The position numbers and the translations under genes were made by a program. Under the pieces are notes generated by a model. The model worked only from the letters and a program-made list of their open reading frames with translations. It ran no database searches and had not been told where the DNA came from. DNA of 64,000 nucleotides, from the NCBI RefSeq assembly GCF_006345805.1, contig NC_043000.1, positions 81,034,001 through 81,098,000 on the forward strand, read 5' to 3'. Below, in pieces: positions 24,101 to 36,909 of this stretch (positions within the stretch are counted from its first letter, which is position 1; each line of letters opens with the position of its first letter). This stretch comes from Octopus sinensis. Taxonomy: Eukaryota.

Positions 24101-25220
24101 AGGTTTATGCTGTTTATAATTGGTGTTGTTGTTTCATCTATTTTGATTTTTGGGAGGTATGGTCGGTGGTCCATTTTGAGCTCTGTGGTTTTCAGTTCTT
24201 TGATTATTTTAGTTTTTATATTATCATAATCAATAGGCTCCCTTTCGTTGTTTCCAGGTTTTAGGTTTGTGTTGCTTTCTTTCTTATTTATATGTTTGTT
24301 TGCCGTGTTTTGGCTTGCTGTTTGTCGTGTATTATTATGCATCCTTACGGTCTGGGTTTGTTGTTTTTTGTTTACATCGTGTTTGTTGGGAATGTTACGC
24401 TTGTCTTCGTGTTTTACTGTTTCAGTGTTTATATTATTGGGCATTGTTGTGTGGCTTCTATCTACATTTTCCTGGTGTATTTTTTCTTTTAAATGTTCTA
24501 TTTCTATTTCTGATATTATTTTTGCATTGAGAATGTATCTTCATACGTTAGCTAGTTTATTAGGGGTCATTGCTGTATCCAAGTCTATATTCATGTTATT
24601 TTCCTTCCATATTTTGTATGTATGTGTTGTTGTATTTTCATTTTTTGGGTAGAGCATTGCTGTGAAGTATGCGTGTAAGATAGAAATGTATTCCTCACGT
24701 GTCCATTTATGTCTTTTGGGTTTTATTTGCGGGACATGAGGAACAACGTCCGGCCCATTATTTTGATGGTCATCATTTTCGTAGGGTACCGATCCATTCA
24801 TTTCTGTTGTCACATTGTTTTGCATGTGTAGTTTTTCGTACATTTTGTGTTGTAAGTTTAAAGTACGTACCTCCCGATTGTTATTCTTGGGTTGAATAAT
24901 ATCGGTGGTATTTAATTTCTTTGTAGTTCCTTTGTACATGGTGTTTGGGGTCGGGGATGATCTGGTGTTGATGGATCGTAATGTACCACGCATGTTTACA
25001 TGTGTTGTGTTAGAGGTGAAGATGATATTGAGTCAAAATACATCATTTCGTTTTGAAAATAGTAATAAATTTCAATGAGTATTACTTACTCGGACACAGT
25101 CCAATCCTTTGTTAGTAAATCTTTGGCTCCATAGGGTGTCCTTGTTTTCGATGTTTGTGGATAGATTTCGGAGCTCTGTTTTATCGTTCTTACATCTTAA
25201 ACATTCCCCGGTGTATCTCC
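21133..25220 (-). mobile_element. Near full-length R4/Dong-clade non-LTR retrotransposon (single ORF: Myb-like, RT, CCHC, REL endonuclease), pseudogenised
   Basis: Six collinear ORF pieces 24993->21230: RHKWTREEY; YRPITCL, GIFQGDTLSP, LYMDD; CRICGDGQETINHIISSC; RPDIVVRD..LIDISIP. Two in-frame stops and about three frameshifts. (TAA)n on both sides. Confidence 0.92.
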
Positions 25221-25241
25221 TTATTATTATTATTATTATTA

Positions 25242-25272
<31 letters not shown>

Positions 25273-25286
25273 CATCATTATTATTT

Positions 25287-26495
25287 ATTGTCTTTGCACA
25301 GCTTCTAACGCTGGAGATGTACTATGATGCCAGCTGTTCACTACCAAGCTAACCTATCATGTCTATCGACTTTTCTTTCTTTCTTATCACATACTTTGTT
25401 GTAAGCTGGGCATGCTATATCTATAATCCAGCATCATTTGCTTTCTTTCTCAATTAACACTATGTCTGGTTTTCTATTTTCTATCTCATGGTTGCACTGA
25501 ATCATAAAATCTCATAGGATCTTTGCATTATCATTTTTGATGATGCCTTCGGGTTTATGTTCATACCACTTTTTGCTCTGTAAAGTCCATACTTGTTGCA
25601 AAGTGTCCAATCGACAATCCTTGCTATATTGTCATGGCGTCACTTATATTATTTCTGGGCTAGTGGCGTACATTGACTGTTTATATGCCATACAGTTTCA
25701 CCATTTTGTCCACAAATTCTGCACTTATCACTTTCTGATGTGTTGTCTATTTTGTATTTGATGTAATTTGTTCTTAATGCTTGCTCTTTGGCAGCACAGA
25801 TTAGAGCCTCCATTTCCAGTTTTAAATCACTTTTAGCCATCCATAGCCATCTTTTTTCTCTGTCTGTCTTATTTTCAACATCCATATGAAATTGTCCACG
25901 CATTCTTTTCTTTATCCACCTATTTTCAGTTTCATTCATTCTCAAGTCCTTGTATAGTGCTTTATCTTTGCAATCTTCTATCCTACACAAGCCAGACCTT
26001 CTTACTTCCAATAATAGTGGTTCTGTGGCATTTTTTATTTACTATGCTATGTTGTTTTCTTATGCTCTAGTGCTGTGTTTGTATCCAATCAATCCTCTTA
26101 CACCTCTCCTTCATGGTACATAGAGTCTGTCTGTGTCACTTTTTGGGTGGAGTATCCCATATCTAGTCTGCAACTTTCTAGTCTTTCTATCTAAGCTGTT
26201 TAGCTCATCTACTGTCCATGCAATTATCCCTGCTCCATATCTAAGTAGTGAAACTGCCCAGGTGTTAATAGCTTCAATCTTATTCCATTCGTTTAATTTC
26301 AACTTAACAATCAGTCTCAGTCTTCACAAGTACTCCACCTTAAATGTTTCTGCCATTTCTCTCTCTATCAATTTATCCATTTCCAATATCTCCAAGTACT
26401 TATAGCCTGTTTCTTCTTTCTGCTTCATAACCTTCCCTGATGTTATCGCTAGCCTGTCCATACATTTGATTTTGCCTCTCTTCAAAACTAACACA
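25287..26495 (-). mobile_element. 5'-truncated degenerate R4/Dong-type element of a different family
   Basis: NKIEAINTWAVSLLRYGAG..LDRKTRK; DKCRICGQNGETVWHINSQC. Bounded by (TAA)n. Confidence 0.8.
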
Positions 26496-26530
26496 ACAAA
26501 CTTATTATTATTATTATTATATTATTATTA

Positions 26531-26601
<71 letters not shown>

Positions 26602-26859
26602 GTGCTGACATGGCAGATAGTTAAGAAGTTTGCTTCTCAAGCACATGCTTTTGGATTCAGTCCCATTGCATTTGGAACCTTAGGCATTTGTTATCTGCTA
26701 TAGCCTCAAGTTGATCAAAGCATTGTGAGTGGATCTGGTAAACAGAAACCAAAATATACCTGGGTGTATATGTGTGTGTGTGTGTGTGTGGTTTCAACCA
26801 GAATTTGAGGAACATGTCTATTCCTACTCTCTTCCAATTACTTCAGTGTCAAAGTTAAT

Positions 26860-28000
26860 GAAGAGATGGTGGACTATGTCTGTGGGGCCATTGTGCTTTT
26901 CCTCCTCTTTTATCCATTGTCCATTCTTATTGTGTTGGTCTTTTCTGCTCAATATTCCCTCCCAGTGAATCTGAATTTCTGATGTTGTTAGTATGTGTTC
27001 TACTGTTGTGTTATTTTTGTTGATCTTTCTATAGAACTGTTTAGTATTTACCATCATGTTTATTTTGGGAGGAAGAAGTGTTTGTATTTTACGAGGTTTA
27101 TTCAAAAAGTATCTGACTATACTTTTCCTCCCCAAAACTAATGTTGCATGGGCAAAGTCATTTGGGTGGGTGGTGACACCACCCTTCCTGTGCATGCATA
27201 AAATTTTTCATTGCAACAGGCCACTGTCCCCAGTTGTTAAGCCTAGAGTACAGACGTGTAGTGTGCGCTTGTTGGATTTTCATTTTTATGCAAGATGACT
27301 TAAGACATCAAGCAGAGACCATAAACCCATGTCTCCTCACCAGTTATGATGATCTTCATGAAGTCTGGGTTGTGGTTTGTACAGTCCGGCATGTCCTGAG
27401 CACTGTCCTCAGTGAATGGCTCTTCATGCTGTTCATGCCAGTTCTTAGGGTGTGGGATATCATAGTGATGGCATATGCTTCAGTGCAAGGCCAACATGAT
27501 CATGCCTGGTTTTATATTCTGTAAGAGCAAGGACTGAGCAACTGTGTACAATCTGGTAAATACTCTCAAGTTTGTCATAACAGAGTCTACACTTTGTGTC
27601 TACCTCATTGTTCATGACATTAGCTTGATAATTCCAGGTGAAGAGACTCTCATCTTGTGCCACTAGGATAAATTCTTATGTTTTGGTTTTTGAACCTGTA
27701 CTCTACAGCCACTGATTGGTTCTTTTCATTTACACAGCAGCTTCCCCTGCTCGTTTGGGGCATAGCTCATGCATTGGTTTTTCTTACCACAGTCTCAACA
27801 TTTCCTTCAAGCTTTCCTGTTTTACACTTTTTTGCTGCCTTGGTGGGTGGTGTGTCCTCATTATCCTCATCCATAATCAGGGAATTTAAGCTCTTGAATG
27901 TATTTAATATGCCTCCTTTGAAATTGAGTGCAGTTTCTTACTCTGTTCATGTTGTCATACCAGCTCTATCATCCAGTCAGAATTACTTTGGAAGTACATT
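26860..28000 (-). mobile_element. Degenerate R4/Dong fragments (pre-RT region and CCHC region)
   Basis: KQFYRKINK..EIQIHWEGILS at 26860-27080; AQDESLFTWNYQANVMNNEVDTKCRLC..RHDHVG at 27460-27663. Confidence 0.65.
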
Positions 28001-28438
28001 TGGAATCCTATCATGGTCATTTTATAGGATGCTTCAAGTTGGATTAGGCCTTTACTGCCCTCCTTTCATGGAAGATAGAGTCTGTGGGCATTTGATTTTG
28101 AGTGATGCATCTTGTTTAGTGTCAGCAGTTATTATTATTATTATTATTAAGGATGAATTCAAATTTTGGATCAAGGTCAGCAATTTCATGGGGGGGATAA
28201 GTTGATTACATCAACCCCAGTGCTCAACTGGAAATTCTTTTATCAATCCCAAAAGGATGACAGGTAAAGTCAACCTCAGCAGAATTTGAACTCAGAATAT
28301 AAAAAAAGTACAAAATGTTGCTAAGCATTTTGCCTGGTGTGCTAACGATTTTGGCAGCTCATCATATTTGTAATAATAATGCACTTAATGTATATAATGC
28401 TCAGGTGCACTATATTATTATTATTATTATTATTATAA

Positions 28439-28515
<77 letters not shown>

Positions 28516-28518
<3 letters not shown>

Positions 28519-28708
28519 TAGTTTTATTTTTATAACGTGCTTTGTGTGCCTTGGGTATGTACTGTGATTTGTTGTGATGCTCTGATGGTTATTGTATGGA
28601 AAGCGTTCTGCGTAGGATGTGTGCAGTGCCTAGTAGTGCAATTTTCTGTATGTTATATGTGTTTGTAAGTCCTGGTGTTTTTGTTATGTATTTGTCTGAA
28701 TATTTTTT
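28516..28708 (-). mobile_element. ~190-bp 5'-truncated copy of the 21133-25220 element inside (TAA)n
   Basis: Near-identical to 21133-21349 (IQKIALLGTAHILRRTLSIQ stop plus 3' UTR) apart from a 24-nt UTR deletion. (TAA)n on both sides. Confidence 0.9.
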
Positions 28709-28710
28709 AA

Positions 28711-28764
<54 letters not shown>

Positions 28765-29438
28765 TATTATTATTATTATTATTATTATTGTGCTGACATG
28801 GCAGATAGTTAAGAAGTTTGCTTCTCAAGCACATGCTTTTGGATTCAGTCCCATTGCATTTGGAACCTTAGGCATTTGTTATCTGCTATAGCCTCAGGTT
28901 GATCAAAGCATTGTGAGTGGATCTGGTAAACAGAAACCAAAATATACCTTGGTGTATATATGTGTGTGTGTGTGTGTGGTTTCAACCAGAATTTGAGGAA
29001 CATGTCTATTCCTACTCTCTTCCAATTACTTCAGTGTCAATGTTAATGAAGAGATGGTGGACCATGTCTGTGGTGCCATTGTGCTTTTCCTCCTTTTTTG
29101 TCCATTGTCCATTCTTATTGTGTTGGTCTTTTCTGCTCCATATTCCCTCCCAGTGAATCTGAATTTCTGATGTTAACAGAGGGACAGAAAGCAGCCATCA
29201 TTCAAGTAAAGTAAAGCTGCAATAAAAGCTAGAAGTACCTGCACACTATAGAAGTACCTACACACCATGGTGCCATGTGGAAAATGTAACCAATCCACTT
29301 TAAGTGCTCTGTATTAGGAAAGTACATCCAGCTGTAGAAATCATCCCAAATTTAGATCCTGTTGAACTGTCCAACCCATACTTGCACGGTAAATGGATAT
29401 AGGAGGATGGATGAGGATGAAATACATATGTTGTAATA

Positions 29439-29469
<31 letters not shown>

Positions 29470-30084
29470 TAATAATCATCATCATCATCGTTTAGCGTCC
29501 GTTTTCCATGCTAGCATGGGTTGGACGGTTCTACTGGGGTCTGTGAAGCCAGAAGGCTTCATCAGGCCCAGTCAAATTTGGCAGTGTTTCTACGGCTGGA
29601 TGCCCTTCCTAATGCCAACCACTCCGAGAGTGTAGTGGGTGCTTTTTACGTGCCACCCGCACAGGTGCCAGACAGAGCTGGCAAACGGCCACGAACGGAT
29701 GGTACTTTTTATGTGCCACCGGCACGAGGGCCAGGCGAGGCTGGCAACGGACACGAAACGGGGCGGTGCTGGCAACGGTCGCGAAACGGAAGGTTCTCTT
29801 ACATGCCACCGGCACTAGTAACACATCTGCAATTTCCATTGATCGATTTCCATTGATCGATTTCAATTCTGATCAATAATAATAATAATAATAATAATAG
29901 CCAACCACCAAGCCAGCCAACGAGACAGACAGACACTACTGTGATGGTGATAATGATAAAAAACAAAAATAACAATAATAAGATACTGCTGTGACTACAC
30001 ATAAAACAATATCATTGATGATGATGGTAATGGTGGTGATAATGATGATAGTGATAATAATGGTGATGATAATAACAATAATAA

Positions 30085-33000
30085 GCCGACTACGGCTGCT
30101 ATAATGGTACGATTATAATTGTAACAGCAATGATGGCCGTCTCCCCACGAGCCAATCAAAGCTCAAAAATGATAACATTATCGTAGCACCAAAATGTTTT
30201 TGGAAACTAAAAGGAAAACTAAATCAGTATACCAAATCGCTTGTCCTATGGTTAATCTGGAAGCGTGTACCCCAGGGAAGAACCAACCTGGGATCGAAAA
30301 GTCATCAACTGGCACAAACTCTTCTCCGAATACGGACATGGATAGTCACTTGAACGGGAAATCCCCCAACTCAAGCCCTCCAAGTTCACCACCACAACCA
30401 CCACAGAAAGAAGAATGTAAGCAGAACAAATGGACCCGAGAAGAGTATAAAGAAGTAATATACGCTTATTACTATGCATTAGGTAGGCCATCTCAAGAGA
30501 GACACACCGCAAACTCTTACAGTATATGGAGAACACGAAATCAAGACAGTAGGCCCTATTTGGACGAGAACAAATTAGTAAATGTGAGGAAGGATATCCT
30601 TAGAAATAACAGACTCACAGACAGTGAAATAAGCGCGATCAAGCACGCAACAGAAAATGACATAAATATAAGACACAAAGGAAATGAAGAATCAGATGAA
30701 CAGTATAGCCCGCCACGAGGCTTAATTGAAAGACTGCCATCTGACCAAAGTACGTAAAGGCCTGAAGATACAAGAAATTCTATTGTACCTGTTAAAGATA
30801 GCCAGGAAAACGATAAAACAACAGTAACTGAAGATCTCGCATTTGCTGAAGAACACAGAGAGTCTATGGCAGAAATGAGGCAGAAAATCCTGAATACGCT
30901 TGAAGTTGTAAGACATACAAGTATGAATGATAGAGAACCACTTCATAAACTCTCAAATACAAACCAAAATAAAAAACAAATCCAAATTGGCAACTATGTA
31001 ACAAATGAAATAATACAAGAATTAAAACCTGATTTTACTGAGTTAAATGAAATTATTTACGCTTCTGCTAGGGCAATTGAAACCAGCTGTATGCCCCCGA
31101 AAAAACAAAGAAAACCAAACCTGGGAAGAAATCAAACCTGGAGAAGTAAAATTGAAAAAGAGATTGAATTTATGAGAGGGGAAATATCAATATTAAATGA
31201 ACTAATATGTGGAAATGATGTAAGATCCAGAACAGGAAGAAAGATGAAGAGAAAATTTGGATCCTCACCAAGAGAAGAACTGATATCAATAAAAGAAATG
31301 CTGAAACAAAAAGTCCAAGCAAAAGCCCAAAGAATACGAAGATTTGAGAAAAGAAACAAGTTTTACAAGCAAAATAAGCTGTTCACATCCAATGCCAAAA
31401 AATTCTACAGAGAAATAGGGAAGGAGAAAGTAACCGTTAAAGACCCCCCTCCCATGGAAGAAGTTCAAAACTTTTGGAAAAGGATCTGGAGTGACAAGAA
31501 GACGTACAACATAAATGCAGACTGGATTATACAAACTGAAGGATCCTACCAAAATTTACAACAACAAGCATGGGAAGACATCACAATAGCAGACGTAAGA
31601 AAGGCACTCACGAAGGCCCATAATTGGAAATCCCCTGGTAAAGATAGGGTGCCGAATTTCTGGCTCACATCGCCCCCATGCGCACACGGTAAGCTAGTTC
31701 AGCTGCTCAATGGAATTATGAGAGACCCAAAGAAAACACCTGAATGGTTAGCAAGTGGCATTACTTACCTACTCCCAAAGAATAACGAAACCAACCTTCC
31801 AAAAAACTATCGGCCTATAACCTGTCTATCCACCACATATAAAATCCTAACATCTATCCTGGCAGAGAAAACATATGCATTCATGGAGAAGAACGATATT
31901 TTCCCCATTGAACAAAAAGGGTGCCGCCGAGGCTCTTACGGATGCAAAGATCAACTCCTAATCAATTGTATGATCCTTGAGAACTGTCACAACAAGCGCA
32001 GAAATCTCAGCTCCGCATGGATTGACTATAAAAAGGCCTTCGACAGTATACCGCATCCATGGATCTTGAGATCGCTGGACATCTTCAAAATTTCCCCTGT
32101 GATTTCAAACTTCCTGAAGCACAATATGTCGTTGTGGAATACGAATCTCCAATTATACCACTCTAATGGAGTACTTGCCTCAGAAAATATAAACATCAAC
32201 TGTGGAATTTTTCAAGGTGACTCACTTTCACCTTTAATATTCTGCATAGCCCTAATACCCCTTACAAGTGAATTAAACAGAACAGGGTATGGGTATAAAA
32301 TTGCCAATAAAAAAATAAGCCATCTATTTTATATGGATGACTTAAAACTTTATGGTAAAGACAATAATGAACTTGAAGGCCTATTGCGCACTGTGAAAGC
32401 ATTCAGCGATGACATCGGGATGGAGTTTGGACTTGAGAAGTGTGCCAAGGCCACTTTCCAGAAAGGGAAAGTGAAGACCACAAATTCAGTCCTGTTAGAT
32501 GTTGGCACAGTCATAAGAGAGCTTGAGCAAGAACAAACATACAAATAGGTGGGAGGAGAAACCTCTGCACGGCAAATATGTGGCCCGCAGCAAACAAGCT
32601 GATGTTGACCAGGAGCAAACCCATCAGTGGCTACGGAGCTCAGGGCTAAAAGCAGAGAGTGAAGGTTTCATCCTGGCTGCTCAAGATCAAAGCCTATTAA
32701 CCCGGAACTACCAGGCCAATGTGATGAAAAATGGAGCAGACCCAAAATGCCGATTCTGCAACGACATGATTGAAACAGTGGACCACCTAATTTCTGGATG
32801 TAAAGTCTTAGCACCAGTGGAGTATAAATTAAGACATGACAGAGTTGGCCAATATCTACACTGGCTAATAAGTCGGCATTACAATATCAAAACTGCCAAC
32901 AAGTGGTATAATCACCACCCTGAGGCTGTAACTGAAGGAGAAAATGTAACGATTCTGTGGGACTTTCCAGTACATACAGACCGAACCATCAAGGCCAATA

Positions 33001-33895
33001 AACCAGATATTGTTGTGAAAGACCAAAACAATAAAGTTTGCTTATTGATCGACATAAGCATCCCCTGTGATCATAATATCGCGGCGAAAGAGTTTGACAA
33101 GCTCAGAAAATATAAAGACCTACTCATTGAAATTGAGAAAATGTGGCATCTCAAGGCGGTTACAATACCAGTGATCGTAGGAGCACTAGGAATGATCAAG
33201 AAGGGAACCGAAAATTATATGAGAATGATCCCTGGCTTACCATCCCTGCAAGTTCATGTTGTTGTTATGCCTAGTGTGCCATATATTTGGGGGGGGAGGG
33301 AGTTTTTGGTGTTGTACTAATGAATGTCTAAAAAAAAAATTTTTTTTTTTTAAACCGAAAATTATGTTTGTTTTAAACCTTGAGATTACATAGAAAGTAT
33401 TTTGCGTAGAATATGAACAGTTCCCATGAGCACTATCTTTTGAATTTCTACCATTTTTGGGTTTCCTGGTATCTGAGTTAGGTAGCTATCAGCCCCTTTT
33501 GCTATCATTCCCAGGGCACCTGGGATTTTATTATTATTATTACTTTTTTTTTTCTTCTTTCAAATTTGCTTCCATTTCTTGCCGAGTGTCTTCCTGACTC
33601 CTAGGGCAAAGAAACTCATAGTATACATTGGTAGGCCATTAAACCAAACTCAAGAAGTGCAAAAGATTGTCTTAACTGGTACATCACACGTATTGAGAAG
33701 AGCATTGTCGATGTGAGAACTGTTGCTGCTCATGTATTTTAATTTAATTTAATTTAACTTAAAAAAATAAAAATGAACGAACTATTGAGTTTGGTTTAAT
33801 GGCCTACCAATGTATACTATGAGTTTCTTTGCCCTAGGAGTCAGGAAGACACTCGGCAAGAAATGGAAGCAAATTTGAAAGAAGAAAAAAAAAAG
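30085..33895 (+). mobile_element. Near full-length R4/Dong-clade element with an internal deletion and an inverted insertion
   Basis: ORFs 30194-30757, 30866-32548 (RT: YRPITCL, GIFQGDSLSP, FYMDD) and 32523-33250 (CRFCNDMIETVDHLISGC; KPDIVVKD..LIDISIP). Terminal EVQKIVLTGTSHVLRRALSM at 33654-33716; ends in A-rich/(TAA)n. Confidence 0.92.
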
Positions 33896-34189
33896 TAATA
33901 ATAATAATAAAATCCCAGGTGCCCTGGGAATGATAGCAAAAGGGGCTGATAGCTACCTAACTCAGATACCAGGAAACCCAAAAATGGTAGAAATTCAAAA
34001 GATAGTGCTCATGGGAACTGTTCATATTCTACGCAAAATACTTTCTATGTAATCTCAAGGTTTAAAACAAACATAATTTTCGGTTTAAAGAAAAAAAATT
34101 TTTTTTTTTAGACATTCATTAGTACAACACCAAAAACTCCCTCCCCCCCAAAATATATGGCACACTAGGCATAACAACAACATGAACTT
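33250..34189. repeat. ~404-bp near-perfect inverted duplication with a 131-bp spacer
   Basis: 33250-33653 is the reverse complement of 33785-34189. The left arm interrupts the element ORF between two CAAG words. Confidence 0.92.
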
Positions 34190-34265
34190 CCAACCTGTTG
34201 TCTCTTGAGGTCTCTGGGTGAGACTTGGAGCCAACTTGTACAAATATAAAGCAAAAGTCAAACAT
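33910..34265 (+). mobile_element. Short 3' fragment of another R4/Dong family between (TAA)n tracts
   Basis: IPGALGMIAKGADSYLTQIPGNPKMVEIQKIVLMGTVHILRKILSM stop, then 3' UTR and (TAA)n. Confidence 0.8.
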
Positions 34266-34266
34266 A

Positions 34267-34313
<47 letters not shown>

Positions 34314-34321
34314 GATTTAAT

Positions 34322-36118
34322 GATTTAAACAGAACAGGGTATGGGTATAAAATTGCCAATATAAAAAAAATAAGCCATCTATTTTATATGGATGACTTAA
34401 AACTCTATGGTAAAGACGATAATGAACTTGAAGGCCTATTGCACACTGTGAAAGCATTCAGCGATGACATCGGGATGGAGTTTGGGCTTGAGAAGTGTGC
34501 CAAGGCCACTTTCCAGAAAGGGAAAGTGAAGACCACAAATTCAGTCCTGTTAGATGTTGACACAGTCATAAGAGAGCTTGAGCAAGAACAAACATACAAA
34601 TATTTAGGGATAAATGAAGGCTCTGGTATTCAGCATGCAAGCATGAAAGAGAAGATCAGGAAGGAATGTTATAGGAGAGTTCATGCAGTCCTGAAATCTG
34701 AACTAAATGCACGTAACAAGGTGTTAGCTATAAATTCCTTAGCAGTTCCAGTTGTTACTTATAGCTACAATGTGTTGAACTGGAATATGAGTGAAGTAAA
34801 GAATATAGATAGGAAAATACGCAAGCTGCTGAGTTGTAATAGGATGCACCACACAAAGGCAGACGTAGATCACCTTTACCTTCCCAGAGCCCAAGGAGGT
34901 TGAGGCTTGATCCAATTTGAACTAGCTTACAAAACAACCACAATTGGACAGGCCAAATATCTCGAAATATCGAATGACTGGATGCTAAAGCTCGTGCAAA
35001 ATCACGAGAGACGAAAGAAGCTTCATTCTATCATAAAGGAAAGCAAAAAATTTGCTATTGATCTCGTGCAGGATACCCAAACGGAACAACCCGAGGGAAG
35101 TACAGCAACTATTGTTGCAAAGAAGGTGAAAATAATGGCAACGGAAAAAGCGCACGAGCAATTGGCTGATAGGTGGAAGGAGAAACCTCTGCACGGCAAA
35201 TATGTGGCCCGCAGCAAACAAACTGATGTTGACCAGAAGCAAACCCATCAGTGGCTACGGAGCTCAGGGCTAAAAGCAGAGAGTGAAGGTTTCATCCTGG
35301 CTGCTCAAGATCAAAGCCTATTAACCCGGAACTACCAGGCCAATGTGATGAACAATGGAGCAGACCCAAAATGCCAATTCTGCAACGACATGATTGAAAC
35401 AGTGGACCACCTAAACTCTGGATGTAAAGTCTTAGCACCAGTGGAGTATAAATTAAGACATGACAGAGTTGGCTAATATCTACACTGGCTAATAAGTCGG
35501 CATTACAATATCAAAACTGCCAACAAGTGGTATAATCACCACCCTGAGGCTGTAACTGAAGGAGAAAATGTAACGATTCTGTGGGACTTTCCAGTACATA
35601 CAGACCGAACCATCAAGGCCAATAAACCAGATATTGTTGTGAAAGACCAAAACAATAAAGTTTGCTTATTGATCGACATGAGCATCCCCTGTGATCATAA
35701 TATCTCGGTGAAAGAGTTTGACAAGCTCAGAAAATATAAAGACCTGCTCATTGAAATTGAGAAAATGTGGCATCTCAAGGCGGTTACAATACCAGTGATC
35801 GTAGGAGCACTAGGAATGATCAAGAAGGGAACCGAAAATTATATGAGAATGATCCCTGGCTTACCATCCCTGCAAGAAGTGTAACAATTGTCTTAACTGG
35901 TACATCACATGTATTGAGAAAAGCATTGTCGATGTGAGAACTATTACTACCCATGTATTTTAATTTAACTTTATTTCTATCAAAAAAAAAAAAAATGAAC
36001 GAACTAGTGAGTTTAGTTTAATGGCCTACCGATGTATACTATGAGTTTCTTTGCCCTAGGAGTCGGGAAGACACTCGGCAAAAAATGGAAGCAAATTTGA
36101 AAGAAGAAAAAAAAAAAA
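34322..36118 (+). mobile_element. 5'-truncated sister copy of the 30085-33895 element
   Basis: Very similar to 32275-33895, includes the segment deleted there, carries several stops, and is bounded by (TAA)n. Confidence 0.92.
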
Positions 36119-36142
36119 GATAATAATAATAATAATAATAGG

Positions 36143-36880
36143 CCATGAACCAGAGGGTCAACCTTAGAATGCGAGACTAAGATTTGGCCACAAACTGGAG
36201 AGTCAATCTGAGGAATGAGCAAGTGTCTCTGCCGTACTGCATCTGCAATAGAGTGAATGAAACCATTGCCCATATCACGAACAAATGCATTAGACTTGCC
36301 CAAGACCACTACAAATTGTGGCAACACAACCAGGTAGTGAAAGTGTTCCATTGGAAACTGTTTAAAAAGTGGGGGCCAGAGAGAGGCAAGTCGTGTTATG
36401 AGCACAAACCACAGAGAGTGATAGAGTCAGACTAGCAAAATCCAGTGTGATTTCCCTATCCAAACAGATAAGGTACTAGAGCATAACAAACTGGATCTAG
36501 TGATGGTGGATAAGATGCACCACATATGCTATATAGTTGATGTTGCATGCCCCTTTGACCCATGAATAATCAAGAAGGAAGGTGGACATATAGATAGATA
36601 CAACCCTCTTAAGTACAAAATGGCCCGGCTATGGAAAATGAAGAAGGGGAAGATGGTGCCAATTATTGTTGGATCCTTGAGAACAGTATCAGGAGGCATC
36701 AAGAGGAATATAAAGGAAATTGGAATACAATGCCCAATATTACAAAAGTTTGCCTTCTTGGCACAACCAGAATAATCAGGAAAGTATTTGATAGCTGGAA
36801 AGAACAGATAACATGGTATCGTAGGCTGCACGTAGTAAGTCCACTGTGCATGCAAGACTCCAGGAGCTCCAACAAAACCT
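36143..36880 (+). mobile_element. Old degenerate R4/Dong-type 3' fragment
   Basis: CICNRVNETIAHITNKC knuckle and DFPIQTDKVLEHNKLDLVMVDK..DVACPFD REL-like remnants; follows (TAA)n. Confidence 0.65.
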
Positions 36881-36909
36881 CTAATAAAGAGAAAATAATA
36901 TTTTTAATA

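Larger units (their letters stand above)
26595..29175 (+). repeat. Local duplication: 26595-27015 repeated at 28783-29175
   Basis: The same SINE head plus Dong fragment follows a (TAA)n tract in both copies; roughly 8 substitutions counted by eye. Confidence 0.9.

Noticed and set aside
29555-29580. Minus-strand CUGAUGA followed by a GCC/GGC stem
   Set aside because: No GAAA or NUH downstream, so not a hammerhead. Other CTGANGA hits inside TE ORFs were dropped for the same reason.
30085-30190. Possible HDV-like ribozyme at the 5' end of the R4/Dong element (CGU-CUCCCC-ACG)
   Set aside because: Only a P3/L3-like piece and a 4-bp P1 can be drawn; P1.1, P2 and the catalytic C junction are not evident. 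A descriptor search would be needed.
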